Source: Batkoa obscura (taxonomy: Eukaryota). Taken from it: a stretch of DNA of 64,000 nt. The stretch's first letter is position 1. Every line of letters starts with the position of its first letter. Below are positions 1 through 12,726 of this stretch, one piece after another. The stretch lies in contig JASVEC010000016.1 in assembly GCA_030770535.1 (NCBI GenBank), positions 62,001-126,000 on the forward strand, written 5' to 3'. Under the pieces are notes generated by a model. The model was not told where the DNA came from, did not search any database, and saw only the letters and a list, made by a program, of their open reading frames with translations. The position numbers and the translations under genes are program-made.

Positions 1-2217
1 AAGAACTTTGATCTTGAACCTTTAATATTAGATAATATTAATAAACCATTTAATCAAAAGAGTATACCAACTTTAGTATTATATGATGATAAAGGTTTAC
101 AATTATTTGATAAAATTACCTATTTAGATGAATATTACCTTACTGAAGCAGAGATTGATATATTAAAGCGTAAATCGGATGATATCATCAATCTAATTCC
201 TGATGATTCTTATGTTATTGAATTAGGTTCTGGTTCTTTAAGAAAAACTAAGGTAATCTTAGATGCTATTGAAAAGAATAGAAAAGGAGTCAATTATTAT
301 GCTTTAGATGTCATGGAAAAGGAATTAGTAAAATCTTTACAAAATTTAAAAGATTATAGTAATTTAAAATGTCATGGCTTATGTGGTACTTATGACGATG
401 GTATGAAATTTATTCAACAATTGCCAAAAGAAAAGAGAAAGACAATATTATGGTTAGGCTCTTCTATTGGTAATTATAATCGTATTGAAGCAGAAGAATT
501 TGTTAAAAAAATTCATCAATGTTTAAATCCAGGTGATTTATTTATTATTGGTATTGATTTACGTAAAGATAGTAAAAGAATATCATTAGCTTATAATGAT
601 CCAAAGGGAGTATCAAGAGATTTTATATTGAACGGTTTAAATAACTGTAATAATATATTAGGTTTAGAATTTTTTAATTTAAATAATTTTGAATTTAAAA
701 GTGTAGTTAATGAAGAGAAAGGGTTTCATAATTCTAGATTTATATCAACTTGTAATCAAACATTAAATCATCCTAAGAAACAATTAAGCATTGAAATTAA
801 AAAAGATGAAGAAATCGATATTGAATATAGTATTAAATATTCACTTAATGAAATTGATGGTTTAATAGAAAATACAAAGTTTTTAAAACAATCACAATGG
901 TTTGATACAACTAATAGCTATTCTTTAAATGTTATTTATAAACCTCCCTTTAATTTTAGTAAAATAATCAATTATTCAATTATACCTAGTATAGTTGAAT
1001 GGGAAGAAATCTTTCAAGCTTGGGAATATATTGTATTTGATTCAATTAAAGAAGAGGATTTATTAAAACAACCTATTTCTTTACGTCATCCTATATTATT
1101 TTATTTAGGTCATATCCCTGCCTTTTTAGATATTCAATTATCTAAACATTTAAAATGGAATTTAATTGAACCAAAAGAATATACTACTCATTTTGAAAGA
1201 GGTATTGATCCTGATGTAGATGAACCATCTAAATGTCATTCTCATTCTGAATTACCAAAAGAATGGCCAACTAGAAATCAAGTAATTGAATACCATGATA
1301 AAGTAAAACAACGATTATTTAATATATTAAATAACAAAGAAATGATGGAAGATAAAAGGTTATTAAGAGTCTTATCTTATGTATTTGAACATCAAGTAAT
1401 GCATTTAGAAACTTTATTATATATGTTAATACGTTGTGATACTATTCAATATAAAAATATTTATAAAACAACCTTTAATAATAAAATTGAAAAAATTAAT
1501 GAAGCTCAATTACTTCCAATTAATGAAGGACAAGTTATGATTGGTAGAAATGATATTGAATCTGAAGATTTTAATAAAAACAATAAATCTTTAGATTATT
1601 TTGGTTGGGATAATGAATCACCTCAAAGAGAAGTTAAAGTTAAAGAATTTCAAATTCAATCTAGACCAGTTACTAATGGAGAATTTTTACAATTTTTAAA
1701 AGAAACAGTTAATAAAAATCATCCAGCTCAATGGTCTCCAATTAATGATAATAATAATGAATTTGAATTTAAAGTAAGAACTTTATTAGGTTATGTAAGT
1801 ATGGAAGAAGCTGAAAATTGGCCAGTATCTGTAAGTTATGAACAAGCTAAACAATATTCTGCATGGAAAAATATGCGATTACCAACAGAAGAAGAATTAT
1901 TATTATTTTATAAGCAATATAACAATAACAATGATAGTAATATAGGATTTAAAAATTTTCATCCAAAACCAGTAAATGAAATACAAACTTATGGAGATGG
2001 TTGGGAATGGACTAATACGTTATTTAGTAACTATGAGGGTTTTATTAAATCAGAATTATATCCCAATTATTCAATTGATTTCTTTGATAATAAACATTAT
2101 ATATTATTAGGTGGTTCATATATTACTCATCCAAGATTAATTCATCGTCAAACATTTCGTAATTGGTATCATAAATCATATCCTTATATGTTTTCTATTT
2201 TTCGTTGTGCTATTTAA
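1..2217 (+). CDS. EGT1: Ergothioneine biosynthesis protein Egt1 (EgtD histidine methyltransferase fused to DinB-like and FGE-like sulfoxide synthase domains); 5' end lies outside the window
   Basis: Frame 1 is open from base 1: KSIPTLVLYDDKGLQLFDKITYLDEYYLTEAE, ELGSGSLRKT, WLGSSIGN, AYNDPKGVS (EgtD). Then RHPILFYLGH, FERGIDPDVD, HQVMHLET iron motif, GWDNESP, WEWT, FRNWY (Egt1/EgtB). No introns in the visible part. Confidence 0.95.
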   Translation, partial: KNFDLEPLILDNINKPFNQKSIPTLVLYDDKGLQLFDKITYLDEYYLTEAEIDILKRKSDDIINLIPDDSYVIELGSGSLRKTKVILDAIEKNRKGVNYYALDVMEKELVKSLQNLKDYSNLKCHGLCGTYDDGMKFIQQLPKEKRKTILWLGSSIGNYNRIEAEEFVKKIHQCLNPGDLFIIGIDLRKDSKRISLAYNDPKGVSRDFILNGLNNCNNILGLEFFNLNNFEFKSVVNEEKGFHNSRFISTCNQTLNHPKKQLSIEIKKDEEIDIEYSIKYSLNEIDGLIENTKFLKQSQWFDTTNSYSLNVIYKPPFNFSKIINYSIIPSIVEWEEIFQAWEYIVFDSIKEEDLLKQPISLRHPILFYLGHIPAFLDIQLSKHLKWNLIEPKEYTTHFERGIDPDVDEPSKCHSHSELPKEWPTRNQVIEYHDKVKQRLFNILNNKEMMEDKRLLRVLSYVFEHQVMHLETLLYMLIRCDTIQYKNIYKTTFNNKIEKINEAQLLPINEGQVMIGRNDIESEDFNKNNKSLDYFGWDNESPQREVKVKEFQIQSRPVTNGEFLQFLKETVNKNHPAQWSPINDNNNEFEFKVRTLLGYVSMEEAENWPVSVSYEQAKQYSAWKNMRLPTEEELLLFYKQYNNNNDSNIGFKNFHPKPVNEIQTYGDGWEWTNTLFSNYEGFIKSELYPNYSIDFFDNKHYILLGGSYITHPRLIHRQTFRNWYHKSYPYMFSIFRCAI

Positions 2218-2379
2218 TTAATAGTAAGTAATTAATAAGATTGATTTATTATTATTATTATTATATAAATAGTATATAATATATAGTATATAGTATATAA
2301 AAAATAAAAATAAAAATAAGAATAAAAATAGCAAAAACAAAATTAGTTTTGTATTCTTTTTTATTTTTTATTTTTTACT

Positions 2380-3264
2380 TTAATTTAATTCAATATTAAA
2401 TTGAATAGCTAATTCATTCATTGTTGAATATAAATTATATAAAGATGCTTTGGGCTTTGGATGATTGGTAAATTCATTTAACTAAAATAAATATTAATAT
2501 TAAATAAATAACATATATAATATATAATATATAATATAATAAATAAGCTTACAATTTGCCCAAATAATTGAACATCTAATAATAATTGGAATTGAATCTT
2601 TGAATGATCTAAATCTAATTGTATATTCATTGAATTTTCATTTTTATTGTTATTATTTAATTGATCTTTCTTTAATTTGTTTAATGAATCTTGTGTTTTT
2701 TTAATATTGTTTAATATTTCTAATATATTCTTATTGTATCTAAAAAATAAAAATAAAAATAAAAATAAAAATAAAAATAAAAATAAATAAAATTAAAACT
2801 TACTCAACACATAATAAATAGAATAATTCATTAATCCAAATTTGTATTTGTTTCTTATTATTAATATATTCAGCTAATATCTTATCAATAATTTGTTTCA
2901 TTTCAATAATATATTCACTAGCCTGTTTGGGTTTCTAAAATTAAATTGAAATATAATTAATATTTTTTCTTTTAAAATATAATAAAATTAAAGACTCACT
3001 TCTTTATTAGTATGTCTATAAAACTTAGGTACATTCATTACACATTCCAATTTGAATTTGCATAAAATAAATATCAATTCAATAATAAATTGATTATATT
3101 GATTTAATATTGGATTAAATAAATTATTAATATCTATTAAAAATTCCACTTTTAAATTCATTTGTTTTAATATATTAAGCCAATCCGTTGTTAAATATGA
3201 TTGTATTTGTAATATATCAAAATATAAATAAATATTACGTTGAATAATAAGATTCATTGTAGTT

Positions 3265-3331
<67 letters not shown>

Positions 3332-4104
3332 TTATTTCTTCTCTTTGATTATTAATTAATTTTGAAATAATATTATAAAAACATAATATTAATTTTAAAT
3401 TATATTCATAATTAGATTTACAAAATAATATTAGAAATTCATAATACCATACTTTATGAATTGTTGATAAAATATTTTGACTAAATTCATAATTTAATAA
3501 ATATTTTGATAATTCTATACAGAGTAAATGTTAATAATTAATATGAAATTGTATTATTAAAATCTTACCTTTATATTCTTTAAACTCATTATTCTTATTA
3601 TCCTCACTGTTTAATTCCCAGTTTAATAAATTGGTTAATGATTTTAAATTTAAATTATTATTTAATAACTTGATTTTTAATAAATAATATTTTTTAATTT
3701 TCCATTTCAATTTATAATCTTGATATTCTTTACTTTCTCTAAATTCAATAATTAAATCTATTTCCTTTAATAAAATTTCAATTTCTTTTAAAAATTCTAA
3801 GTTCGCTTTAAAATTCTAGAAATCAAAATAGAAAATAATATAATGTTAGTATATTGTTTTATATAATTATAATAATTAATTAATATTCTATAATTTACCT
3901 CATAAAATAAATTAAAATTTGAATTAAATAAATTAACTTGATCATCTAATTGTTCCATGAATTGTAAAAAATTAGGAAAGATAACCTTTTTAATTAAATT
4001 AATATTTAATAACTTAAATCGTTGATTTAATAATTGAATAATTGGTAAACATCGTCCATTTAAAAACAATATTATATTCTCAAATATTGGCTTTAATTGG
4101 ATCC

Positions 4105-4155
<51 letters not shown>

Positions 4156-5270
4156 CATTACTATTATTATTATTATTATTACTATTACTATTATTATTGA
4201 GATTATTAATGTTAAATATCTAAAATTAAAATAAAAAGATTAATTTTATATAATATAATATAATATAATGTAATATATTAAACCTATTAAATATCTTCTT
4301 ACCTGTTTAAATGCTGGTATAATCACTTTATTTTGAAATATAATTTCAGCTACTTCAATTTGTTTTAACCAAGCATAAGCACGAAAACAAATAGCTAAAT
4401 CTAATAATTCATTTTCATTATTTAACGATTGTATAATTACTTTATTTAAACAATAATCAAAATTTATTTGATTATTTTTTAACACTATTTCTTTCATTAA
4501 TATCATTTTCTATAATAAAATATTTAATATAAATAAATATATATGTTTATAATGAGTATTAAATACTTACTGTCTTAAATTCATTAATTAATGGATTCTT
4601 ATCATCTTCTTGATCCAATAATAATATCAATTGAGAATATTGTAAACATATTTTTTCCATTAGTTTTAAATCATTACTATTATTTAAAAAAGGTAAATCA
4701 AATTAGTAACTAATAAAGTAATCTATAACATAAAGCCACTACTTACTTAATACTTTCATTATTTAATTCTTTATTTTTCTTTTCATTATTCCATTCTATT
4801 ATCCATCCATTGATTTGTTCTAATTTTTGTTGCATTTTTAATAGATTTAAGATCCAAGTCTAAAATCAAATTAGTTATAAATTTATCATAACTACTAATA
4901 ATACTTAAATAAACAACTTTACCTTTTTCTCTTTCAATTCCAATCGTTGATTAAAACTAGGAACAAAATCTTCTTTTGCTTTAATTACTTTACTCTCCAA
5001 AGTCTAAATTTAAAACTTATATTAATAATCCATCTCTAACAACTTTTCTTCTCTTTTATGACTTACTTCTATTCTCTCTTTTAATTCTTGTGTATTTTGT
5101 TTAACATTCCCTAACTGTTGATTTAAAATAGATAAATTAAAAGGTAAATTCAATAATATAAATTGATGTTGAGTTAAATAAGATTGACTAGTTTCTTCAT
5201 TTAATTGAATTTCTTTTAATTTATCTTCAATAGCTTGTTCAATGTTTTGGGGTAAACCAGGGGTAGTCAT
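2380..5270 (-). CDS. COG2: Conserved oligomeric Golgi complex subunit 2 (multi-exon, with poly-Asn insertions)
   Basis: Spliced pieces CFRAYAWLKQIEVAEIIFQ, FRESKEYQDYKLKWK, VPKFYRHTNKE|KPKQASEYI and IKKTQDSLNKLKK...KIQFQLLLDV match COG2 motifs (VPRLYRRTNKE, KKMEESLKRLK, KIRLQLALDV). GT-AG introns; stop at 2380-2382. N-terminus is divergent. Confidence 0.8.
3268..3330. repeat. (ATT)n microsatellite encoding poly-Asn in COG2
   Basis: About 20 tandem ATT units. Similar tracts at about 4106-4197 (COG2) and 5908-6020 (VPS52). Confidence 0.95.
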
Positions 5271-5488
5271 TTATTAAATGAAATCTCAATAAAAAATTAA
5301 AAAATTAAAAAGTATTTAATTATCTAAAAACAAGAATGACATATAATTCTAATTTTTGAAGTTTCACGTATTAGAGGAAGCTTTCTATATTTAGTAATTT
5401 ATTTTTAAGAAAAATTCAAACTCAAATGCAAAAATAGAATACTTCAACTTTAATAAACAATAATATCTTTTATTTATAAGATGATTCA

Positions 5489-5909
5489 TCATCTATATTT
5501 CTTAACTTCTAGGATGAGTAAATTAACTGAGAGAACTTCCCTATTCAATTTTGGAAAATGTTGATCAATAAAAGCAATAAATTTTGTATAACAAAGAATC
5601 AAATGGGCTAATGTGGAATGAAGAATGGAACTAAAATTTTCTTTTAGTTCATTATTGAATGTAGTTTGTATTTCTTTATAAATTAATTCTAAATATGTTT
5701 TATATTTGTTATTAAATTCAATTAAAATTCGGTTATAATATTCTTGATTATGTTGAGTGGAAACAATATTCGAGTTCTCTTCGATATGTATAATTTGTTG
5801 AAAATAAGGTTCTAGTAATTGGATGATATATTCATTTAATACTAATTTATACTTTTCTTTAATTATATCAATTTCTTTTTCAATATGTTCATTAGTCATA
5901 CTTATTGTA

Positions 5910-5940
<31 letters not shown>

Positions 5941-8364
5941 TATTTAAATTATTATTTAAATTATTATTATTTAAATTATAATTACCATTACTATTATTAT
6001 TATTATTGCTATTATTATTACTTTGATAATGAAAATAATTATTATTATATTCATTTAAAATATTTAATATTAAATAAAAATTATTAATTTGAAATATCTC
6101 TTTTTTTTTATCTTGTTGAAATTTGACTTTATCTAACCAATTAAAATATTCTATTCTAAGTCTTAAAATACCATTTAATAACATAGATTCATTATAATTA
6201 TAACATAAGATTAATATAGACCCAATTAATTCTGCATATCTTTTAGATATAAAATGAGTTTTCTCATTAATTATTACTTGATTGGTTGCTTTTTTTAAAG
6301 ATTGTATATGTAAATTAATCAAATTTTGAAATTTTAACCAGAATAATTGTTCATTTGTATTAATATAATTAATTAATATAAATTCCATTTTCATTGATTT
6401 AACTATGTTAAAATATTGTTGATTTAATCGAATACATAACAATATACCTATTGTATCACAACTTATTTCTAAATGTTGTTTTATTATTGTATGTATTTTT
6501 TTAATGATAAATTCAAATATACTTTTAATTATATGATTAATATTCAATTCGTTAATAATTTCTTTTTGTTTATTATAAATAGTACTTGAATTACTTATAA
6601 ACTCTTTTAAGAATAAATATTCATTCATTATACAACTTAAGAAGGTAACATTAATACTTTTAAATAAATCTTCAATTTTATATACATTATTATTATCATG
6701 TTGATTCATTGTTATACATTCATAATCTTCATTAAATTGCAATACTTTATCTCGATTTCCCAACTGATATAAATTATATTTATTTATATTATTACTGTTA
6801 ATTGTATTTGTTGTACTAAATATACTAAAATCCATAAACCCTATAAACATTATATTATATTATATTATATTATATTATATTATATTATATTATAAAAATA
6901 TACCTTTCTTAACTGAGCCATCATATCCAAGTAAATCTTTTGAACTTGACAATGATGACTAAAATGGAAAATATAAATGACTCAAAATTAATTAACATTA
7001 CAAGTAAATAACTTACAAAACAAGTATTTAAAAACTTTAAATAAGGATCCCAACAATTCAAATAATATAAAGATAAAGAATTGATATAATATTGTATAAT
7101 TTCCAAAATAACGGATAAATTTCTTTTAATTAAAAATGGTATTAATTTTTTATATTTTAAAAATTGATTTTTTTGTATTGATTGTAAATTAATTGTTTTT
7201 TTTTCATTCCATAATATTTCTATTTGTTTAATTTGTTGAACAAAATATTCTCGAATCTTTGCTGAGGCCTAAAAAATATTATTATATTTATTATATATCA
7301 TAATCGATTTAATTTAATTTAATTTAATTTACCTTATATCTTAACTTATCTAATTCTGGTGATACTTCTTTAATTGCTTTGACATGGCTATTTTTATTTC
7401 CACTTTTTTGTTGTATAAATTCCATTTTTAAATCAATTTTTAATACATGTGATACATAATCTTCATTAATTTCTTCATTAACAATAATACTATATATATT
7501 AAATTAATGTTAATATTATAATATTACGATATAACAAATCATGATATATTTACTTTATAGTCCTTGGATCAATCGATAAATAATTAATTGATTTATTTAA
7601 TCTGGTATGTACTTGCTATTAATTTTATAAAATAAATCTATAATAAAACATATTATTAATTACCATTCTATTCTTTAATTTAACTTGGATGACTTTACTC
7701 TGATTTTGTAAAGAACTAATAGCTCCATTTAATTCACTTAAATTACTTTTAAATTGCTCTAAAGAATTAGATATCGTATATAATATTTTATCACATTTCT
7801 ATTTATAAAATTCACTTTAAAGCTTAAAAAGTATTACTATATAATCATCCTTACCTCTACATTTTCATTTAACTCTAATATATTTGGCATAAACTTAATA
7901 ACTATAAAACAAAATCAATATTCTATTTTCCATTGAATTATGAATTATAAATTACAATCTGATACTAATTGATTTTCTGCAATATTTAACTTTTTTTGAC
8001 TTTCAATGGCATATTCCCAAATATCTACGTCCTATTCAAAAATAAACTAATAAATATCTCTTTTAAATAACATACACATTAGTTTATTTACTTTTTCTAA
8101 AATCTCATTGATCCATTTGTCCTCTTTAAATTCTTCCATTTTAACTATTTTTAACTTATTTAATATATTTTTTAAAATTTTATTACTATATTTTCAATTC
8201 ATTACTTATAACCTGATCAAAGTCAATCTCTTCCTCTCCTTGGGTAAATTTAACACCTTCATTTTCTTTTCTTGGTTGTAAGAGCTCCTACAAATCAAAT
8301 TTTAATATTGGGCCTTATCTCTTGTATTCTAATATTTTATGCTTACTTTTTTAAATTCTTCCAT
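5489..8364 (-). CDS. VPS52: GARP complex subunit Vps52 (multi-exon)
   Basis: CDTIGILLCIRLN, FWLKFQNLINLHIQSL and THFISKRYAEL match Vps52 (YDAIAVFLCIH, LWPRFELILEMNVQSV, PHYITRRYAEF). Upstream exons include ELDKLRYK|ASAKIREYF. Probable ATG at 8364 followed by a GTAAGC donor. Confidence 0.88.
6850..6893. repeat. (TATAT)n intronic microsatellite
   Basis: Pure pentamer repeat inside a VPS52 intron. Confidence 0.9.
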
Positions 8365-8850
8365 ATTCTTTATCTTTTTTAATAGTTCCTTGATAGAAAA
8401 ATAAAATGATGAAATTTGAGAAAGTTCTAAATAATCAAATTCCTATTTTTTGATTTTATGAAATAAATGTAAAATCAATTGAAAATGTCTTATTTTTAAT
8501 AATAACTTAATTCATTTATTCTTTAAAATGAGAAGCAATATAATTATGATAATATAAACAATATAACTATAATAATGAATAATGAATAATGAATAACGAA
8601 TAACGAATTTTTAGTATAAAAAACAAATAACAAATAACAAATAATTTATTGAATAAAAGATCAAAAATAGGCATTTAAAAAGGTGGCTAAAAAAATACTA
8701 AGCAAGATTCAATTCAAGTTCAATGGACCAATGATCGCTTCATATTTAATCAATAATGTCACATCATCCTTAAAAAGTTTTGTTCATTTAATAATCAATT
8801 TAACAGTCCAAGAAATCGAGTTTGATATTTTCAATTTAAAAAATTTAGTT

Positions 8851-10419
8851 ATGCCTTCAACACAACCAATACCGACAAGTGAAATCAAAGTATTAGAAAC
8901 TTTAATAATGATACGTAGTCGATTATCCCAATTAAAACGTTCAGCTAGTTATGATATGACCATTATTACTGATTTTTATGAATTATTAAATGTTAACGTA
9001 AAAGAATTATTTTGTATTAGAGAAGCTGAAGACCATGCTGATATTAACTATTCCAATAGAGTAGATGATGTTATCGATGATGTTTATCAATTACTTTCGC
9101 TATTTTGGATGGCGTTGGGAAAAACTTCAGAATCTCCTGCTACTTATGTACAATTGATTTCTATTGAGGTAAAATTAGTTGAAATATTTGTTATTATAAA
9201 TAAACTAAAAGTTTACTGTTATTTTTTTTAGCAATGTTTAGAACATTTAAAAGAATTTGATGTTTATTCAATGGGTAAAATAAATCGTAATAATTATAGA
9301 TAAAAGAAGATAGTAATATTATTTTATTTAGATGATCTTATTCCATTTGAAAAAAGAATTCAAGAATTAGAAGAAGTAATTGAACAAGAAACAAATAGTA
9401 CTTTAGAATCAAATGAATTTGATTCAACAATATTAACTACTTTAGTAAAGAGAAAATTATCTCATTGTAGTAAGTAGTTTGTAAAGTATTAATATAGTTA
9501 AATATTAGAATTAACTTTTTCTTTAAATTTTAGAAAATCTATTAAAAGAGTTTATGGATAATTGGAATTCAATATGTGATGAATTAGTGCCAATTAAAGA
9601 GAAATTAGTTGATATGCGTAAACAAATGGCAATTAAAGTAGGAAGAGGACAAGTAGATGAAGAGTTTGTTAAACAAATGGAACTTGAATTAAAAAATATT
9701 AATGAAATGGGTTTAGAAGATAAAGTGAACAGTGAAAATGGTAAACCAATAGCAGGTCAGGTACAAGTAATTGGTTTACTTGAAGAATGTTTTCATGAAT
9801 TAAGTTTAATCAAAACATCTCAAATTGAAATTTCAGATAACTTAAAACCAGTGTTTGAACAATTAGTAAGTATGAAAGAAGAATTAAGTAAATTATATAT
9901 AACTCGTCGATGGACAATGAGAGAGCCAGATCTTTGGCCATTTCAAGTTCAATTAAGTGAAATTATTACATTACAAAAGAAAGGTAAATTTGAAGATGAA
10001 AATGGAAAACCATTAAAAGGTCACATTATGGTGCATTTTTTATTACAAAAATGTTATCGCATTATTTATAAACTATTGGCATCTTCAGAACCAGTAGCAG
10101 AATCATTAACTCCAGTCCATTCTCAATTATTTACATTACGTAAATGTTTACTTGAAGTTAAAAAATATGGTGGACCTTTTTCAGGTAAAAAAATGATACT
10201 AATTATTATTAATTTGTTTATTTAATTTAACTTAATTTAATAGCACGTGAATTATATCCTTATCAAATCAAATTAGCTAGTATTGATAATCTAAGACAAG
10301 ATGGTAAATTTTTAGATGATAAAAATCAAATTCCAGAAGGTCAAGCGGCAGTCATGGCTTTATTAAATGAATGCTATGATATTATGTATGAATTGAAAGA
10401 TCTTGTTAAAGAACTTTGA
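8851..10419 (+). CDS. CUB1: DUF2408/UPF0662 family protein (yeast YPL260W/Cub1-like), 5 exons
   Basis: NRVDDVIDDVYQLLSLFWMALGK, SSEPVAESLTPVHSQLFTLRKCLLEVKKYGG and RELYPYQIKLASIDNLRQDGKF...PEGQA...LLNECYDI are typical of this fungal family. ATG 8851, TGA ends at 10419. Confidence 0.78.
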
Positions 10420-10541
10420 TATATAATTTTATCTTAATAATAATATTTTAATCTGATTTATATTATTTATTTTTTGAAAGTTTTTTGTTTTTTTGCTATA
10501 AGTAATTATAGTAGAGATATACTGATAAAACAAGGGAATAA

Positions 10542-10637
10542 TATGGGAATGTATTTTTATATTTAAGAATTTTATCAACAATCTTTCTACTCAAATAGTG
10601 CTTAAAAAATGGAAAAGTAATGGAATCAAAAAAAAAT
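10542..10637 (+). mobile_element. MITE family A copy 1 (right TIR degenerate)
   Basis: TATGGGAATGTATTTTTATATTTAAGAATTTTA...CAAATAGTGCTTAAAAAATGGAAAAGTAATG, homologous to the other six copies. Confidence 0.8.
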
Positions 10638-10861
10638 TTAAAAAATAAAGTTTAAAAATAAGATTTACGATTATGTTTCTATAATAATTAATTATAATAT
10701 GAATAATAACTTTAATTTATTTTTAATTTATATATAATTAACTTGAAGTTTTTTGTTTAACTTTGTTATAAAATTTTCATTTCCTAATTATAAAAAATAT
10801 TATTTTAATATTTATATTTAATAGCTATAATAAAAAATCATAACTGTTATTGTATTTTTTA

Positions 10862-10968
10862 TATATGGGGATGTATTTTTGTGTTTAAGAATTTTACTAA
10901 CAATTTTTCCGCTCAAATAGCGCTTAAAAAATGGAAAAAACAATGAAGTCAAAAAACACTCCCATATA
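10862..10968 (+). mobile_element. MITE family A copy 2 (~105 bp)
   Basis: TATATGGGGATGTATTTT...AAAAAACACTCCCATATA: terminal inverted repeats flanked by TA. Confidence 0.88.
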
Positions 10969-11317
10969 GTATTTTGATATAAAATATAAAAACTAATAAG
11001 TTATTTAATAAAACCATTAAATTTTATATAAATTATAATTATATCTTTTATTTTATATCATCTGTAGTTTATTATGTAGAAATATTTCTCATAATTTTAT
11101 CATTTTTTATTCTTCAAACATTATTTAAATAAAAAGCTATTAACAAAATTTTTAATACATTCTTATATATTATTTTTAGAAATTAAATCTATTTTAATTA
11201 TACAAATTAAAACAGCTTTAAATTAAATAAAAATAAATCACTAATTTACTTACATTATTAACAAAAAAACTTATTACTTTGGTACCACATGATATAAAGG
11301 CATCTAATTCTATACTT

Positions 11318-11732
11318 GTGATTAGAATTGGACAACTCTGTGGTCCTCATTCGTCTTACAGAACCTAAGCTGATCTTTTATTCAAAGAGACTTAAATTTA
11401 ATATATATGTTTTTGGCTTTTTTAATATGCAAAAAAGTACAAAAAATTTTATTATGAAATTAAATAAGCTTTTAAGTTTATTTAATCTTGGACTAAAATA
11501 CTATTTTGGATCAAAATTTGGTAAATTTAAAAGCTAAGTTGAAATATAAACCTTCAGCTCACTTTTTTTGTCCATTTCTTTAGCTTAAATTTTAAAAAAA
11601 AACATTCCAATATGAACTATTCTAAATCAAGCAAGCAAAAAATTTTGTAGTACTTGACTTGGTGTACTTAATTTGGAATTTTGTAAAAACTATTTAGCAA
11701 AGCTTGGTCCAAGCTTTTAAACTACCCGTATA
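11318..11732. repeat. Diverged copy of repeat family B (homologous to 46790-47230 in reverse orientation and to 42496-42742)
   Basis: Collinear shared blocks GATT(A/C)GAATTG, TACAGA..C.AA..TGATCTT, TTTAATATGCAAAAAA, TTGGACTAAAA, AAAGCTAAGTT, AAAAAC.TT.CAATATGA, CCAAG.TTTT.AACTA. Confidence 0.65.
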
Positions 11733-11776
11733 TCCATAAATTGAATTTTCATTTGAGTTCCATATTTTAAGGGATA

Positions 11777-11960
11777 CAGTCAAGCGTGTAAATACTATCG
11801 TTTTATGGGAAACTTTTTCATAATTAAATTCAAAATAAAGTTTACTTTAATTTGATTAAAATACTGAGGATTACCATAACTATTTCGTGTAAAAGTAGCT
11901 TTTATTTTGAATCGACTTAAAAAAATTGGCATAAAACGGTAATATTTACACGCTTGACTG
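11777..11960. mobile_element. Tc1/mariner-type MITE (184 bp, CAGT termini, TA target duplication)
   Basis: TA|CAGTCAAGCGTGTAAATA...TATTTACACGCTTGACTG|TA: 18-bp perfect TIR extending imperfectly to about 70 bp. Confidence 0.9.
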
Positions 11961-12112
11961 TAAATTTTTTAAACAAAGCTTAATTTTAAATATAGACTTT
12001 CGTTTAAAACTCAATTCAATATTTTTTCTTTTAATAATTCCAATTATTATTGACTATCTTATAAATAACGTCAATATAAAACCAATTTAAATTGCTTTTT
12101 TTAAACGTCAAA

Positions 12113-12695
12113 ATGATCAACCTTGGAGGATCTCCGCATAAAAACATTAAGATCACCCAAGAGTTAATAGTTTTAGATAAAGAAGATACTAAATCAGATA
12201 ATCTCAAATTATATAACATATTACCTATCCCCAACAGAAAAAAAAGTCCCAAATTAAAAAGATTGTATGACTCAATAACTGAAGGTATTGATATTGATTC
12301 AAAAGATGTAAAAGCAGAAGAATCCGAGTTGTATTCTGTTGGGCTTTGTTCCAAAATATTAAAATTACCCAAAATACCTTATAAACCGAAACCAAAGGAA
12401 TTAACACTGGGAATAAAAAAAGAATTATTCAATAAAAGGATAATAGAAGAGGATAATAGAATTAAGGACTTTTCAAGAAAAGATGGGATTAAGTTAGAAC
12501 AAATAAGCTATGATGTTATTAATAAAAAGACTGTTTCAACCAAGTCAATTAATAGAATAAGTAAATCCAAGTTAGATATTTTAAGTTTACACGAAACAGT
12601 TAATGGAAACAATAATTGTATTTTAAATCAATTGAATTTTAAAGGTTATAAAACATTTGATGGAGGTAATATTTTTATTTTTATTTTTATTTTTA

Positions 12696-12726
<31 letters not shown>

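Noticed and set aside
5905..6087. Poly-Tyr ORF and other short antisense or alternate-frame ORFs (e.g. 34866-35264, 35029-35271, 16170-16439, 30441-30836)
   Set aside because: These are shadows of microsatellites, tandem repeats or real genes in another frame or strand.
2380..8364. Adjacent COG2 and VPS52 (plus SEC2 and SEC18) as a functional trafficking cluster
   Set aside because: Trafficking genes are numerous and unrelated genes are interspersed, so chance adjacency is sufficient.
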